From Amphiscolops sp. MND2022 (taxonomy: Eukaryota), in the NCBI GenBank assembly GCA_964187785.1, contig OZ076410.1, positions 74,028,001-74,092,000 of the forward strand: a DNA stretch of 64,000 nucleotides, read 5' to 3'. Every line of letters starts with the position of its first letter. Position 1 is the first letter of the stretch. Shown here piece after piece: positions 61,311-64,000 of the stretch. A program made the position numbers and the translations under genes. The notes below the pieces were generated by a model that saw nothing but the letters and a program-made list of their open reading frames with translations, ran no database searches and was not told where the DNA came from.

Positions 61311-61674
61311 CCTCCCATTTTTTGTTATCATGGCAGCGTTTTTACAAATCAGTGCTCAATTGAACATTAAGGTTGTCAGTAACATCAACTTAAACCATTA
61401 TCACCATCGATTGCATAATTTTTGAATAGAAACTATTGAAACCAATTTATCCAGCAAAATTAACCAAATGTCACTCAAGCCAAAATACCATTCAATTGGA
61501 TGTGTCAACCATTTTAAGAAGACAAAGGTAAGACTCGAAATAAACATGATTGGGGTTTGAAGCGCCTGTTTTTGCAGGATCTGAGCTAACTGTAGTCAGC
61601 GGTCGCATGTTCAATGTCTGTTCAACCAAAGAAAAGACAGTTTGGACAAGCTTGCTTGAAGACGACGACACAAC
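61222..61674 (+). repeat. Near-identical duplication, copy 1 (copy 2 at 63548-64000, running off the window)
   Basis: Offset 2326 bp. One difference seen in 453 bp (CATTCAATTGG vs CATTAAATTGG). Confidence 0.95.
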
Positions 61675-61785
61675 GGTGGGGCGCATCTTGCGATTAAAGC
61701 TTCCAAATAAATTCCGAAATCATTCCAAAATGAACTCAGAACTACAGGTGCTTGTCGGTTCCGTTTTCTACCCATGTTGAGCACT

Positions 61786-62575
61786 CCCTGCGAATCTGTA
61801 CAGATCTGTACAGATCCTGACAGATATTCCAGGATTGTTCGAAAATTGAACAGTCATAAATTCAGTTTTTGAAAATGAAATTAGTTGAATAAAAAGTGCT
61901 CCACAAAAGAAACACGCCTCTCATTTGAAGTTTTGAAAAAATTCTGTGCAGATCTGTACAGATCTGTACAGATCCTTGCAGAAATTCCAGGATTTGTTAA
62001 AAATTAACCATACGAATATGACCAATAAATTACTATAGCGTATTCCGAGTTTCCAGCAATTACTGAAACTACTCCAGCAAACCATGTTCCCGAAATATTA
62101 CAACCACAACACTTTATCAACACCTCTACCAACCCAGAAGGTTGCCACATGTCAAATTTCAGCCATCAAAACGAAGACAATATGGCAAACGAGCCTCTAA
62201 AAGTTGAAAAACCACTTCTGAAAAGTTCAAGTGAAATGGATAAATTACCGTGTATAACCAACACCGAACATTCCCCAGACACCAAAATTACCGCGATGGG
62301 GACAAGATTTCCTGCTCAAGAATTTTGAGTGGTGGAGAGTTGCCACTGACTGAAGCCTTGGTCAGCAAAAATATTTATTGAAGAAGACCAAAAATGAAAT
62401 GCATAGTTTCACTAGAAGGTCCTGAAACAATTTTCCTGAAAAATCTGTACAGAAAATCTTTGAGCATCTGTAAAGATCCTTGCAGATCTGCAGTTGTCCT
62501 TACGTAGCAGTGGCACGATCTTTACAGATCCTCAAGGAAAATTGGCTCACAAATCTCTACAGATTCTCAAGAAAA
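61786..62575. mobile_element. Diverged relative of the EnSpm-like MITE at 22044-22914, opposite orientation
   Basis: About 62000-62420 matches the reverse complement of about 22200-22620 (e.g. CCAACCCAGAAGGTTGCCACATGTCAAATTTC). CAGATCTGTA subterminal repeats; starts CCCTGCGAATCTG. Right end unclear. Confidence 0.75.
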
Positions 62576-62577
62576 GC

Positions 62578-62900
62578 TCAACATGGGTAATGCTTACGAA
62601 GTGGAACAAATCTGAGAACTCCCAGGAAACACGAGTTATTGTCTGGAGAAGGAACTATCTCCATATGCACGGCGCGTATTGTGAGGCATGTGAACCAAAA
62701 GCTCCAACTCTTCTCACGCAGTAGAGAGACTAGTAAATTAGAGCGAACCAAAATAGTCCACACCTTTGTGGAAGAGGTTCCTCGTAGGTGCAACAATATC
62801 AAAACCACAAGACATGTGCTTTTGACTTTGAGTAGAGTGTTTCTGAGTTTCATCCCTTGCAGAGCAGTAAATAGGCTATTAGAATATCGAACTCGTCAAA
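62578..62900 (-). pseudogene. BEL/Pao integrase fragment
   Basis: LRNTLLKVKSTC, FHKGVDYFGSL (frameshifted) and WFTCLTIRAVHMEIVPS...FLGVLRFV are Pao integrase motifs. Confidence 0.8.
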
Positions 62901-63320
62901 ACATTGTTTATCAAAAAGCATTGATGACTCACTCTTAAGGTTAAATACGAATTCGAATTGCCTCCGAATCTCTCACACTATCGACAAAGCAAGTGGTGTG
63001 ACAACGAAGTGAACTTTGTCGTCAGTCCGAAGGACCTTTAAATGAGTTTGTCGAAGGCGTAAATTGAATTATTGATGCAACTTTTTCTGCATTTCCCGCT
63101 AGAGGAAAATGCCTCCGCCGCAAAGACGTTGCATCGGTTTTTCAAAATTGCTCAAAATAATGCGTTTTCTTTGAAAACCTTGAAAGAATAGTCGAAGACC
63201 CCATGTTATGCAGAGTGATTTTCCTGTAAGGCCCCGGTGAGTGCAAATTCAAACATACCGCTGTCTTCGCTTACGATCAGCGTCCATTTTGATGAAAAGC
63301 TCTGCATTTGATACGGTTTT

Positions 63321-63482
63321 ACAGGTTTGTTTGAGGTTTCAAATGACACAGACATGTTTCAGTCAATTCTCAGCGGTCCCCTCATACTTCGCAAGCTTGT
63401 ATACAAGCTTGCGAAGTATGAGGGGACCGCTGAGAATTGACTGAAACATGTCTGTGTCATTTGAAACCTCAAACAAACCTGT
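63321..63482. repeat. Perfect 162-bp palindrome (81-bp arms, no spacer)
   Basis: Centre AAGCTTGTA|TACAAGCTT at 63401/63402. Arms checked with no mismatch. Confidence 0.97.
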
Positions 63483-63547
63483 TAAGCATGTGACGTAAGG
63501 GTACAATACCAAGGCAATAATCGTTTGTTTTTAGTCGGCGCCTTTTC

Positions 63548-64000
63548 CCGACGACGAAATTTCTGTATTTGCTAATACGACGAAATTTCGTGCGACGAAA
63601 TTTCTGATGACGAAATTTCTGGCGACGAAACTTCCGCCTCCCATTTTTTGTTATCATGGCAGCGTTTTTACAAATCAGTGCTCAATTGAACATTAAGGTT
63701 GTCAGTAACATCAACTTAAACCATTATCACCATCGATTGCATAATTTTTGAATAGAAACTATTGAAACCAATTTATCCAGCAAAATTAACCAAATGTCAC
63801 TCAAGCCAAAATACCATTAAATTGGATGTGTCAACCATTTTAAGAAGACAAAGGTAAGACTCGAAATAAACATGATTGGGGTTTGAAGCGCCTGTTTTTG
63901 CAGGATCTGAGCTAACTGTAGTCAGCGGTCGCATGTTCAATGTCTGTTCAACCAAAGAAAAGACAGTTTGGACAAGCTTGCTTGAAGACGACGACACAAC
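63548..64000 (+). repeat. Near-identical duplication, copy 2
   Basis: Matches 61222-61674; preceded at 63528-63547 by a HINE-family 3' terminus on the minus strand. Confidence 0.95.

Overview
This is eukaryotic (animal) DNA, not prokaryotic: no rRNA, tRNA gene, CRISPR array or operon is supported. The TE landscape looks like a marine invertebrate, possibly an acoel flatworm, but that is a weak impression. The window has three zones. (1) About 1-44,800 is a graveyard of nested, decayed transposons: four Ty3/Gypsy elements (two delimited by paired LTRs, a PBS, a PPT and 5-bp TSDs), a BEL/Pao element inserted inside a Gypsy LTR, a 1.7-kb putative solo LTR inserted inside another Gypsy LTR, an EnSpm/CACTA-like MITE, TGTAAC-ended fold-back elements and several DINE-1/Helentron-like repeats. 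(2) About 45,500-56,800 (minus strand) holds an Iroquois-class TALE homeobox gene (Irx). Four coding exons splice in frame through canonical GT/AG sites and contain the homeodomain, an acidic patch and an IRO box; the start-codon exon is not certain. (3) About 60,500-64,000 is a recently rearranged repeat zone with a near-identical duplication of at least 453 bp. Best leads: a Gypsy 3' accessory ORF that aligns by eye with TARG1/OARD1-type macrodomains (possibly two in tandem); two perfect zero-spacer palindromes (194 bp in an Irx intron, 162 bp upstream); and a Helentron-like terminus sitting exactly at the duplication breakpoint. All alignments and identities were judged by eye; no database searches were run.
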